The notes beneath the pieces are model-generated. The model saw only the letters and a program-made list of their open reading frames with translations. It was not told the DNA's origin and searched no databases. DNA of 64,000 bases, from the NCBI GenBank assembly GCA_031253955.1, contig JAIRVJ010000126.1:20342-84341 (forward strand), read 5' to 3'. Shown in pieces: positions 9,282-18,173 of the stretch; position 1 is the stretch's first letter; the number at the start of each line of letters is the position of its first letter. Source of the stretch: Burkholderiaceae bacterium. Lineage in GTDB: Bacteria; Pseudomonadota; Gammaproteobacteria; Burkholderiales; Burkholderiaceae_C. A program made the position numbers and the translations under genes.

Positions 9282-10246
9282 TCCAGCTTCAGATGCTGCT
9301 TGGCCACCACCTCTTTATAGATGGCGAATTCGTCCTTGATCTGCTGGGCGAACTGCTCGGGCGTGTTGCCGATGATGAGCGACCCCGTTTCCTCGATGCG
9401 CTTGCGCACCGCCGGGTCTTCCAGCACCTTCATGGTGGCGGCGTGGAGTTTGTCGACGATCTCCTTGGGCGTGCCCTTGGGCGCCAGAATGCCGTAATAG
9501 GCCATGCGGTTGACCGGAGCCAGCCCCACTTCCTCGAAGGTGGGCACGTCAGGAATGTCAGCCAGGCGGTGCGGCGCGGCCACCACCATGGCCACGAGCT
9601 TGCCGGACTTGATGTAGGGCAGCGAGGAAGGCAGGTTGTCGATCATGATCGGCACGTGCCCGGCCACCACGTCCACCAGCGCCGGACCGGAGCCGCGGTA
9701 GGGAATGTGGGTGACGAACGCGCCGGTGCTGGTCTTCCACAGCTCCATCAGCAAATGGCCGATGCTGCCCGTGCCCATCGAAGCGTAGGAGTATTGGCCG
9801 GGACTCTTTTTCAGCAGCTCCGTGAAGCTCTTGTAGTCCTTGACCGGAAAGCCCGGATGCACCGTGATCACATTGGGCGTGGCCGCCATGTTGATGACCG
9901 GCACGAAATCGCTCACCGGGTCGTAGCCGATCCTGGAATTGATGGCCGGGTTGGCCGCCGTCGTGGAGACCGTGGCCACGCTGATCACGTAGCCGTCGGG
10001 CGCGGCGCGCGCGGCCTCGATCGCGCCAATAGCCCCGCCCGCACCGCCCCGGTTGTCCACCACCACGGTCTGCCCCAGCTGTTTGCCCAGTGGCTCGGCG
10101 ATCACGCGGGCAATGATGTCGGTCGTGCCGCCGGGCGCAAACGGCACGATCAGGCGGATTGACCTGTTCGGGTAATCGCTCTGCGCCGCCGCGCCCCCGC
10201 AAGCCACGGCCAGCGCCGCGGCCAAGAGAAGGTTTCGCCTTTGCAT
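9278..10246 (-). CDS. Bug/TctC tripartite tricarboxylate transporter substrate-binding protein
   Basis: Signal peptide, YPNRSIRLIVPFAPGGTTD, NRGGAGG; start at 10246 after AAAGGAGA. Confidence 0.9.
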   Translation of the reverse strand: MQRRNLLLAAALAVACGGAAAQSDYPNRSIRLIVPFAPGGTTDIIARVIAEPLGKQLGQTVVVDNRGGAGGAIGAIEAARAAPDGYVISVATVSTTAANPAINSRIGYDPVSDFVPVINMAATPNVITVHPGFPVKDYKSFTELLKKSPGQYSYASMGTGSIGHLLMELWKTSTGAFVTHIPYRGSGPALVDVVAGHVPIMIDNLPSSLPYIKSGKLVAMVVAAPHRLADIPDVPTFEEVGLAPVNRMAYYGILAPKGTPKEIVDKLHAATMKVLEDPAVRKRIEETGSLIIGNTPEQFAQQIKDEFAIYKEVVAKQHLKLE

Positions 10247-10353
10247 CAGAAGTCTCCTTTGCCAAATTTCCATGTGGGCGGCATGGTAGCACCGGACAGG
10301 CGCGCCCTGCATCCATCAAGGGTGTCGCAAAAGGGCCATCGCGTCCCCCTTTC

Positions 10354-10443
10354 GTCATTCCCGCGAAGGCGGGAATCCATTGAGCCTTGGTGATCGCCGG
10401 GCGGTGGATGCGCCGCATGGATTCCCGCCTTCGCGGGAATGAC
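10354..10443. repeat. Family A REP doublet (spacer class 2)
   Basis: Inverted 26-mers at 10354-79 and 10418-43. Confidence 0.9.
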
Positions 10444-10496
10444 GAAATCATGGTGGCGCGCCCTTAACTGAACCGCATGGTTCGAATCATGTGTCA

Positions 10497-10584
10497 GGGC
10501 GAAAAATCTTTCGCCTTTGGGCGTTTTCATAAGAACAGCTCTCTCCGATGATGCGCCGCAGGGCGAAAGATTTTTCGCCCCTAC
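10497..10584. repeat. Family B GTAG-type REP doublet
   Basis: GGGCGAAAAATCTTTCGCC and GCAGGGCGAAAGATTTTTCGCCCCTAC. Confidence 0.85.
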
Positions 10585-10617
10585 CGCATGTGTAGTTCAC
10601 GGTCGCACGGTTTTGCT

Positions 10618-10706
10618 CCCTCTCCCGCACGCGGGCGAGGGGAAAGAAAGGCAGGTGCCTATGCGCCTGCGCGGAGGCAGGCTCGTTCCCCTGTGGGCGG
10701 GGGAAA
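10618..10706. repeat. Degenerate family D hairpin arms with a CTATG|CGC junction
   Basis: CCCTCTCCCGCACGCGGGCGAGGG, then GCCTATG|CGCCTGCGCGGAGGCAGGCTC. Confidence 0.6.
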
Positions 10707-10732
10707 GAATGCTCCCCTTGGTCATTTCCCGG

Positions 10733-12238
10733 CTACATCCACCCCAGATATTTCCACCAGGTAAGCGCAAAAACAATCATCAGCACGAAGCCGATGACGG
10801 TCAGCCAGATGCCGATGCGGGCAAACTGGCGCGCGGTGAAGGTTTCCGTGCCCATGCACACCATGTTTTGCGGCGCGTTGGTCGGCAAGATGAAGCCGAA
10901 GCTGATGACGAAGGCCAGCAGCATGGACATTCCAGCGACGTTGACGATTCCCGCCGGGAGCTTGGTGAGCACGGTGATCATCACCGGCAGGAGCGAAGCC
11001 GTGAGCGCGGTGGCGCTGGCAAAACCCAGGTGGATGACGATGAGGAAGACGGCAAGAATGATGAAAATGGGCAGCGCCGAAAGGGTTTCCAGATGGAAGC
11101 TCCTGACCACGAGATCGGCCAGCCACTGGGCCGCGTGGGTATCGAGCAGCGCGCCGCCCAGACTGATGCCGATGGCGAACATGACGATGGTGCCCCAGGG
11201 CGCGCTCTTTTGAATTTGCTGCCAGTTCATCACCCCGATTCCGGGCAGCAGCATCAGCGACAAGCCGGCAATGGTGGTCGATGTGGTGCTGAAATCGTGC
11301 AGTTTTTTCTCGGTGGCCCAAAAGCAAAGCAAAACGATGGAAATAATGAGCAGGCGAATCTGCGCCGGGGTGATCGGCCCCAGTTTTTTCAATTCTTCGC
11401 GCAGCGATTCCTTGCCGCCGGCGATATGCTCGATTTCGGGCGGCATGATTTTGCGGACAACGAAGTAGAGGACGAAAGACATGATGACGGCCCACGGCGC
11501 GCCAGCCAATAGCCAGGCAAACCAGGTAATGCCGTGGCCGGGGCCGAGAATCTTGTCGATATAACCCTTGGATAAAAGGTTCTGCGCCGCCGCCGTTTGG
11601 ATGCCGATATTCCAGATACTGGTCGCCTGGGCGACGACGATCATCATGGAAGCGGCAAAGCGCGATTTTCCGTCGACCTTGAAGGCGGCGACGACGCCCA
11701 TCATGATCGGCACGACGCAAGCCACCCGCGCCGTGGCGCTGGGAACGATCAGACTGAGCAAAATGGTAACGACAATGGCACCGATGAGCACACTGCCGCT
11801 GGAAGCGCCGAGTTTGGACATGACGACCAGCGCGATGCGGCGATCCAGCCCGGTCACCGTCATCGCCACTGCGATGAAAGTGGCGGCTGCCACGAGAATG
11901 GCGGCGGAATTGGAAAAGCCCGCTAGCGCCCAGCCGAGTGCCTTGTCGGTGCCGATGATTCTGGAAGGGTCCTGAATGTCGGGAGCGGAGCCGACCAAAA
12001 AGATAATCAGCGCGCTGATGAGAATGGCGCTGACGGTGTAATCCATGACTTCGGTAATCCACACAATCACCGCGAAAACTAAAATAGCCAACATGTGCTG
12101 CCCGGCCACGGTAATGCCGGGCAGAGGTAAAAACTCCACGACGGCAGCGGCGGCAAGGGCAATCCACAGGCCGAGATACGGAATGGGCGATTTGCGTTCG
12201 GCATTCGCTCCGGGATGATTCATGGTGGGAGAAGACAT
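10733..12238 (-). CDS. DASS/SLC13 family anion (di/tricarboxylate or sulfate) symporter
   Basis: Many TM helices; IVPSATAR, NIGIQTAAAQN, FILPTNAPQN motifs. Confidence 0.88.
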   Translation of the reverse strand: MSSPTMNHPGANAERKSPIPYLGLWIALAAAAVVEFLPLPGITVAGQHMLAILVFAVIVWITEVMDYTVSAILISALIIFLVGSAPDIQDPSRIIGTDKALGWALAGFSNSAAILVAAATFIAVAMTVTGLDRRIALVVMSKLGASSGSVLIGAIVVTILLSLIVPSATARVACVVPIMMGVVAAFKVDGKSRFAASMMIVVAQATSIWNIGIQTAAAQNLLSKGYIDKILGPGHGITWFAWLLAGAPWAVIMSFVLYFVVRKIMPPEIEHIAGGKESLREELKKLGPITPAQIRLLIISIVLLCFWATEKKLHDFSTTSTTIAGLSLMLLPGIGVMNWQQIQKSAPWGTIVMFAIGISLGGALLDTHAAQWLADLVVRSFHLETLSALPIFIILAVFLIVIHLGFASATALTASLLPVMITVLTKLPAGIVNVAGMSMLLAFVISFGFILPTNAPQNMVCMGTETFTARQFARIGIWLTVIGFVLMIVFALTWWKYLGWM

Positions 12239-12375
12239 GAAGAACCTCCTTGCTGGAAAAAACCGTTTTCTGGGGACAAGGCATATCGTTCAAGCCCGGC
12301 TTGCCGCCGCGCCTGAAAATCCGGCAGCATGCACCGCTCAATCTCATGAAACATAGTACCTGAATTTCTGTCAGT

Positions 12376-12433
12376 GTGCAATTGCACGGCCCGACGATAG
12401 TTGTCGCAGATCAGAAAAGTTACTAAAAGTTAC
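12376..12433. promoter_or_regulatory. Candidate regulator sites upstream of the DASS gene
   Basis: Perfect palindrome GTGCAATTGCAC 12376-87; AAAAGTTAC direct repeat at 12415-23 and 12425-33. Confidence 0.4.
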
Positions 12434-12591
12434 AATTTTTCGGACCCAATCCAAAGTCTTGTCGATGAAAAATACCCGCAGCAAACGGTTGTCGAATGCT
12501 ACAGATACAAGAGCGCCAAGTCATTGCACCACCTTGACAAAATCCGAAAACCGCTTGATTAGGTAGCTATCTCAGACAGGGATAACCACCA

Positions 12592-12656
12592 CCGCGCGCT
12601 CCTTCCTTGCCCGTCATTCCCGCGCAGGCTGGAATGACGGGAAAGGAGCGCGCGGC
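12592..12656. repeat. Collapsed family A doublet in a GC hairpin
   Basis: GTCATTCC-cgcgcaggct-GGAATGAC 12613-38, flanked by CCGCGCGCTCCTT and AAGGAGCGCGCGG. Confidence 0.75.
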
Positions 12657-12803
12657 GGGGTTGTGCTTGTCTGGAGGTATGTACATAATCAAGCATGAGC
12701 ACATGGAAAGTCACACAGTCAAGCGCAACCAGCCATCAACTTTGATGCACTCAAAGTTTTATAAAACCACCTGACCCGCACCCTCCGCAACAACCAAATT
12801 TCA

Positions 12804-14618
12804 ATGCCTTCTCGTCTTGCGTTGCCCAAGCGCATCCTCTGGCTCGTCTGCCTGTGGCTGCTTTGCTTGGCCGCGCCCATGCAGGCGCAAGGCAGCATCA
12901 TTACGGGCGACCAGCTTACCCGCATCGAGCAACTCGGCGCCGACAACCAAACCATCGTTCTGGCCTACGACAGCCAAGGCAACCTGATCGAAAAACAAAG
13001 CGGGGCGCAAACCACCAGCTACCAGTGGGACGCCAACGACCGCCTCACAAGCGTCAGCCAGGACGGCACGCTGCTGGGCCAATACCGCAACAACGCGCAG
13101 GGCCTGCGCGTAGAAAAACACGCCAGCGACCCGCTCCACCCCGGCGCCCCGCCGCAAAAAACCACCTGGCTGTGGGACCAAGACACCCCCATCCAGGAAA
13201 GCAACGCAGCCGCCACCGTCGTAGCGCGCTACGAATTTGCGGGCCGGGAACCCATCGGGCTGTTGCACGCCCAAGACGGCGCGCAAAGCCTGCACCCCGA
13301 CGGGCTAGGCTCCATCGTGCTGACCACCGACACAGGCGGCAACATCCACCGCGAAACCATCTTTGACGCCTGGGGCAACACCATCGCCGAAAGCGGCCCG
13401 CCGGCCAACCGGCTGGGCTACACAGGCCACCAGATGGATCAGGAAAGCGGCCTGATCTACATGCAGGCGCGCTACTAAGACCCGCAGATCGGGCGGTTCC
13501 TGAGCATGGATCCGGCCGACGGAAGCATCGAAACGCCGGCCAGCTACCACCGCTACTTGTATGCGTATGGGAATCCGACGGTTTATATCGATCTGGATGG
13601 ACAAGAATCGGTCAGCACCATGATCGACAACGGCGCTGAACGCTGCGGCCCCTTGGGTTGCATGGGCTGGGCGCTGCTCAAAGGCGTGTACACCGTAGCG
13701 ACCCTGGGTTTCTCCACCGTTCACGACCCTGTACACGACGCCTACGACGAAGGCCGGGTCAGCGGCAAGCAATACGTCGGCTACGGCATCGGCGGCGGCC
13801 TGGCGGTCGTGGGCGTCAATGCCGTCACCGGGCGCGTAGGCGGCACGCTCATGGCCCGGGCCGGCGCACCGCTCATTGCCAAAGCCGCCGTGGGAGCGGC
13901 CACCGGTGCGGTAAGCGGCGCCATCAACGACGCGGGCACCCAAGCGGCGCACATTGGCGCCGGGATCCAGCAAGAATACGACACGACCCGCACGCTGGAT
14001 GCCATGAAAACCGGCGCGATCGTCGGCGGCCTGGTGCCGGTGGGCGCGCAAGCGGTGGTTAGCACTGAAGCGACAGTCAAGCAGGCGCTGGCCAGCCGGG
14101 CGGCAGCCAGACTGGAGACGGCCACCGGCCAGAGCACGCAAGTCACGCGAGCGGCCGCGCAACGCGAAACGCCCACGGCGGCGATCTCGGCGGGCAACCG
14201 CACCATCACGCAAGAAAGCGCGAGCACGGCGGGAGTGACGGCAGCGCCAGCAACCAGAGCAACCGTGGCGGCAGAGACCGGGGTGGCCAATGGTGGGAGA
14301 GCGGTGGTTCAAATAAGCAATGCGGCAAAGGGGGGAATGGAAACGACGACGGCTATCGGTCGCGTCAAAGATTTGCAGAACCTCTGCCCTGGCGAGAAGT
14401 CACTGCTTGACCGTTTGCCGAATCAAGGCAGCCCGAAGGCAAATTGGCAACAGAACTCAGGCGTCTTACGAGAAGAGATGCGTCTTGGTAATCCAATTCG
14501 TGATGCGTCGCCTGGTAATACGGCGGGTCAATTCCTCAACGCCGAGCGCAACTTGTTGATGGATCGAGGATGGACGTTTGATCCCAAGACTAACTATTGG
14601 ATGCCTCCTAAACCATGA
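12804..14618 (+). pseudogene. Shortened Rhs/YD-repeat toxin with signal peptide and in-frame nonsense codon
   Basis: The two tracked ORFs are one frame: ...GLIYMQARY-TAA(13476-78)-DPQIGRFLSMDP...NPTVYIDLDG, then a C-terminal toxin region. The hydrophobic N-terminus ends in PMQA. Confidence 0.85.
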
Positions 14619-15193
14619 AAAGGGATGTCGTGAACGCGCCCGATCGATCTCAGTTGCACTTTGTACAGAAGGTTCGGGAGTTCTTCTCGTTCCTTGTCGA
14701 TGAGGGCTTTACCGAAATTGAGGCGTCACCGACGCAGGTGATATATCGGAACGGTGGCATCGAAGTTGACGTCTATCATGAACGCCTGTCGTATGAAGTT
14801 GGAGGTGGCATTACCGTAGCTGGAATTTGCTATGCAATCTCAGAAATAGTGTGTGTCAGCGATCCTGAAGCGGCTTCGAATTATCGGAATGTTATGGCAA
14901 CAACGCCCAAGGTATTAGCGGCTGGCATAGAGAAGTTGAGTGTGCTGATGCAATGCTACGGCGCAGCGGCGTTACATGGTGATCCGCATTTCTTCTCAAT
15001 GCTCGAAGAACAGCGAAAGCAGTGGTCGCAAGAATTCGCCCTCGATGTCCTGGAACATCAGTTGCGACCGCAGGCCGAAGATGCGTTCCGTCGAAGAGAT
15101 TACTCGAAGGCGGCTGAGTTATATGGTTCCATCCGGGAGCGTCTTAGTCCTGCGGAGGCCAAAAAGCTGGCTTTAGCCGAAGCAAGGAAATAA
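14615..15193 (+). CDS. Putative cognate immunity protein
   Basis: ATGA overlap with the toxin tip, lower GC, 192 aa. Role inferred from position only. Confidence 0.65.
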   Translation: MKRDVVNAPDRSQLHFVQKVREFFSFLVDEGFTEIEASPTQVIYRNGGIEVDVYHERLSYEVGGGITVAGICYAISEIVCVSDPEAASNYRNVMATTPKVLAAGIEKLSVLMQCYGAAALHGDPHFFSMLEEQRKQWSQEFALDVLEHQLRPQAEDAFRRRDYSKAAELYGSIRERLSPAEAKKLALAEARK

Positions 15194-15208
15194 GAACCAA
15201 GAGCCGCT

Positions 15209-15796
15209 ATGGGTCTCTTTGTGTTTCTATCTTCCTACCGTTACTTGTCTCTTCCGAACGGCTGCACGGCTGTCCTAACGAAACCAACGGCGCAGAATCT
15301 GGCCAACGCAGCCAAGCAGGAACGTCCTCCGAATCCCGCCATCGTGACTGGGAAGAAGACGCCACTTGGCGTCACAGCAGAGCCACCACCAGCGCAGCAG
15401 GCAAGCGTAGTGGCGGAAACTGGGGTTGTTGCAAAGGAGGCAAAGGGAGGAACCGGGGCAAAGAGTACGATACAAGCGAATAACGCTGCTGGCAATGCGT
15501 TTGAGAAGCAGGTCGTTGGACAAGTCCAGCAAACCCATTCTGAGGTTGTACAACAAGTTACCCTCAAAACTGAAGGTGGGGTCAAAACATGTATGGATAT
15601 AATGGGGCGTGACGCAAATGGGAATATCGTTTACATTGAATGTAAAGCGTCTCCGACCGCACCGTTGACTAAAAACCAAACGGTCGCCTTTCCTGAAATC
15701 CAGAAATCAGGTGCAACAATCGTTGGTCAGGGTAAGCCGGGCTTTCCAGGAGGTACAAAAATACCTCCGACCACGGTCGATATAATCAGGCTGTAA
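15209..15796 (+). CDS. Orphan toxin C-terminal module, PD-(D/E)xK nuclease-like (true start uncertain)
   Basis: GNAFEKQV...MDIMGRD...IECKAS...NQ; no Rhs core; shares a junction peptide with the main gene. Confidence 0.7.
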   Translation: MGLFVFLSSYRYLSLPNGCTAVLTKPTAQNLANAAKQERPPNPAIVTGKKTPLGVTAEPPPAQQASVVAETGVVAKEAKGGTGAKSTIQANNAAGNAFEKQVVGQVQQTHSEVVQQVTLKTEGGVKTCMDIMGRDANGNIVYIECKASPTAPLTKNQTVAFPEIQKSGATIVGQGKPGFPGGTKIPPTTVDIIRL

Positions 15797-15810
15797 AAGG
15801 AGGTGGTGAA

Positions 15811-16137
15811 ATGTCCATAGACCAAACGAATGTAGTAGACATCATCGGGACTGATAACGAGACAAGAGATGTGGTGTTATTCATCACGGATCATCTCATG
15901 TGGTCAGAAAACCTTAATGAACACCTTCTGTTGCTACAAGAAAAACTCAATACCTATTTGAGTTTCGTTGAAAGCGGTGAGCTATTGGAGAGATACCCAA
16001 ACGCAAAAGATAGGGCTGTATTAATAGATGTTGTGTGCAAGTATCCGCCGAGTCAGCAGGCTCAAGGCTTCTGCAACCAAGCTGCGCAAATTATCGAAGG
16101 TGCCGGAATGAAACTCCGGTTCTCCCATCCGCATTAG
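15811..16137 (+). CDS. Putative immunity protein (DUF6572-like)
   Basis: RBS AAGGAGG; VVDIIG...LFITDHLMW...HLLLLQEKLNTYLSFVESGEL recalled as the DUF6572 pattern. Confidence 0.7.
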   Translation: MSIDQTNVVDIIGTDNETRDVVLFITDHLMWSENLNEHLLLLQEKLNTYLSFVESGELLERYPNAKDRAVLIDVVCKYPPSQQAQGFCNQAAQIIEGAGMKLRFSHPH

Positions 16138-16229
16138 CACGGCAGACTGGAATGAAACAAAGTGGAATCCCTGCACACACCGCCCGAAGCAGGGATTACG
16201 TTTCACTTCATCCCAGCCTGCCGTGCTAA
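16134..16229. repeat. ~95-bp imperfect inverted repeat (REP-doublet-like, possible terminator)
   Basis: TAGCACGGCAGACTGGAATGAA...AATCCCTG pairs with CAGGGATT...TTCATCCCAGCCTGCCGTGCTA; its first TAG is the upstream gene's stop. Confidence 0.75.
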
Positions 16230-16381
16230 TTTGATAGCGCCTAGCCTCATTCCATCACAGTTTTACATATTAAAACATCATTAAACACACACTAACCGCG
16301 GGCATTGTACTATTAATTTCGATACAAGAGAAGTTTTATAAAGCCACCTGACCCGCGCCGTCCGCAAGAAGCAACATCCCC

Positions 16382-16543
16382 ATGCGTTCCCCCCTTGCTC
16401 CGCTCAAGCACCTGCTTGTACTTGGCTGCATGGGAATGTTTTGCCTTGCGCCGCCCGCAAGGGCCAAGTTCGACGCCGACGCGAGCAACCGTTTGAGCAA
16501 CTTGGTGCGTGTCACTGACGCCAGCGGTCACGCCGTCAGCTAG
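16382..16543 (+). pseudogene. Second signal-peptide/YD-like gene start (53 codons)
   Basis: MRSPLAPLKHLLVLGCMGMFCLAPPARAK aligns with the leader at 12804; shared upstream 37-mer. Not in the ORF track. Confidence 0.65.
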
Positions 16544-16603
16544 AGCGATTTTGATCCAGTTGATGACATTTTTCTTCCAGGGGCGGGGAAAAAACCGCCG
16601 GAT

Positions 16604-16691
16604 GTAGGGGCGAAAAATCTTTCGCCCCCGCAATGAAAGAGCGCGGCACCTTGAATGATGCGCTGCTGGGCGAAAAATTTTTCGCCCCTAC
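16604..16691. repeat. Family B GTAG REP doublet
   Basis: GTAGGGGCGAAAAATCTTTCGCCC ... GGGCGAAAAATTTTTCGCCCCTAC. Confidence 0.85.
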
Positions 16692-16769
16692 AAGGTAACG
16701 CTTACCACGAATAGAAGTGTCAACACTTGAACCAAAACCGCTCTAACCGCCACCGCGCTTTCTTTCCCC

Positions 16770-16898
16770 GTCATTCCCGCGCAGGCGGGAATCCATTGAC
16801 GTTCCCACCCTGCATACCGTCAATGACCGGGCAGCGCCCGTGCGTTCCAGCGCCGGATGGAGGTGACGCTCATGAATTTCCGCCTGCGCGGGACTGAC
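16770..16898. repeat. Family A doublet (degenerate right copy)
   Basis: Copies at 16770-95 and 16873-98. Confidence 0.8.
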
Positions 16899-16913
16899 GA
16901 AGTTGAGGCAGGT

Positions 16914-17978
16914 TCAAACGCCCGCCCTGCCTTGTCCCAGCGCCCATTGCGCGTGCTCGCGCACGAGAGGGCTGGGGTGCTCCAGGCGGGCGGCCAGCGC
17001 CTGCCGCAATGCGGCGGCGTGAGTGTTGCCGGCGGGCAGGTGGGCTAGCGCGTTGCCGGCGGCTACGGCCACGTTGCGCAGCCAGCGTGGGTGGCCGATG
17101 CGGCGCAGCGGGCTGCCTTCGGTGCGGCGCAGAAATTCTGGCTCGCTCCAGCTCAGCGCGTGCGCCAGCGGCAGATCGCTCATACCGGCGCGGGTGTCGA
17201 AGTCGGGCAGCGCGCTGCGGCGGGCGTATTTGTTCCACGGGCAGACGAGCTGGCAATCGTCGCAGCCGTAAACGTGGTTGCCCATCAAGGGCCGCAGCGC
17301 CAAAGGAATCGGCCCGGCGTGTTCGATGCTCAGGTACGAGATGCAGCGCCGCGCATCCAGCCGGTAGGGAGCGACGATGGCGCGCGTGGGACAAGCCTCG
17401 ATGCAGGCGGTGCAACCGCCGCAGCGCGCGGCCACCGGCGGCGTGAAAGGCAGCGCCAGATCGACGTAAATTTCGCCCAGAAAGAACATGGAGCCGCCCT
17501 CGCGCGCCAGCACCAGCGTGTGCTTGCCGCGCCAGCCCTGGCCGCTGCGCGCGGCCAGTTCGGCTTCCAGCACCGGGGCGGAATCGGTGAACACGCGATG
17601 GCCGAACGGGCCGATTTCTTCCGCGATGCGCCCGGCCAGCTTCTGCAAGCGGCTGCGCAGCACCTTGTGGTAGTCGCGCCCGCGGGCATACAGGGAGATC
17701 ACGGCTTCATCGGGCAGCTGCAAGCGCGCCCGCTCCAGCACCTGCCAGTTCGCGGGCGTGCCTAGCGGCAGGTAGTCCATGCGCGCGGTCAGCACGCTTA
17801 CCGTGCCGGGCAGCAGTTCGGCGGGCCGGGCGCGCTTCATGCCGTGCGCGGCCATGTAATCCATGCCGCCATGAAAACCGCTGGCCAGCCAAGCGCGCAA
17901 GCCCGGCTCGGCGCTGGCCAGATCGACGCCCGCCGCGCCCAGCGCCGTGAACCCCAACGCCCGCGCCCAGCCGCACAT
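16914..17978 (-). CDS. queG: Epoxyqueuosine reductase (start approximate)
   Basis: YARGRDYH, DSAPVLE, FFLGEI, CGGCTACIEACPT, YGCDDCQLVCPWN. Confidence 0.93.
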   Translation of the reverse strand: MCGWARALGFTALGAAGVDLASAEPGLRAWLASGFHGGMDYMAAHGMKRARPAELLPGTVSVLTARMDYLPLGTPANWQVLERARLQLPDEAVISLYARGRDYHKVLRSRLQKLAGRIAEEIGPFGHRVFTDSAPVLEAELAARSGQGWRGKHTLVLAREGGSMFFLGEIYVDLALPFTPPVAARCGGCTACIEACPTRAIVAPYRLDARRCISYLSIEHAGPIPLALRPLMGNHVYGCDDCQLVCPWNKYARRSALPDFDTRAGMSDLPLAHALSWSEPEFLRRTEGSPLRRIGHPRWLRNVAVAAGNALAHLPAGNTHAAALRQALAARLEHPSPLVREHAQWALGQGRAGV

Positions 17979-18173
17979 GCGGGCAAACAGCGGCCCAGGG
18001 TCGAGGCCACGCTGAACCCGTCCGCCGCGGTTGCCGCAGCCCGGCTTGGGGGCGTTTGCCGCTGCGCCGCAAAGGCTCGCGCTACCATCGGGTGGCGTCG
18101 CGCTTTGCGCCTCGCAGCCCGTTCCGAACCCAGGCGCGCCCACGCGCGCGGACTTATTCAACGTCGCCTTGAT

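Noticed and set aside
12504-12513. GATACAAGAG also found at 16321-30, next to the second Rhs leader
   Set aside because: Only 10 bp and 240 bp away from leader 1; cannot be told from chance by eye.
13476-13478. Programmed read-through or recoding of the Rhs stop
   Set aside because: The codon is TAA with no SECIS/PYLIS-like context; a nonsense mutation or sequencing error is simpler.
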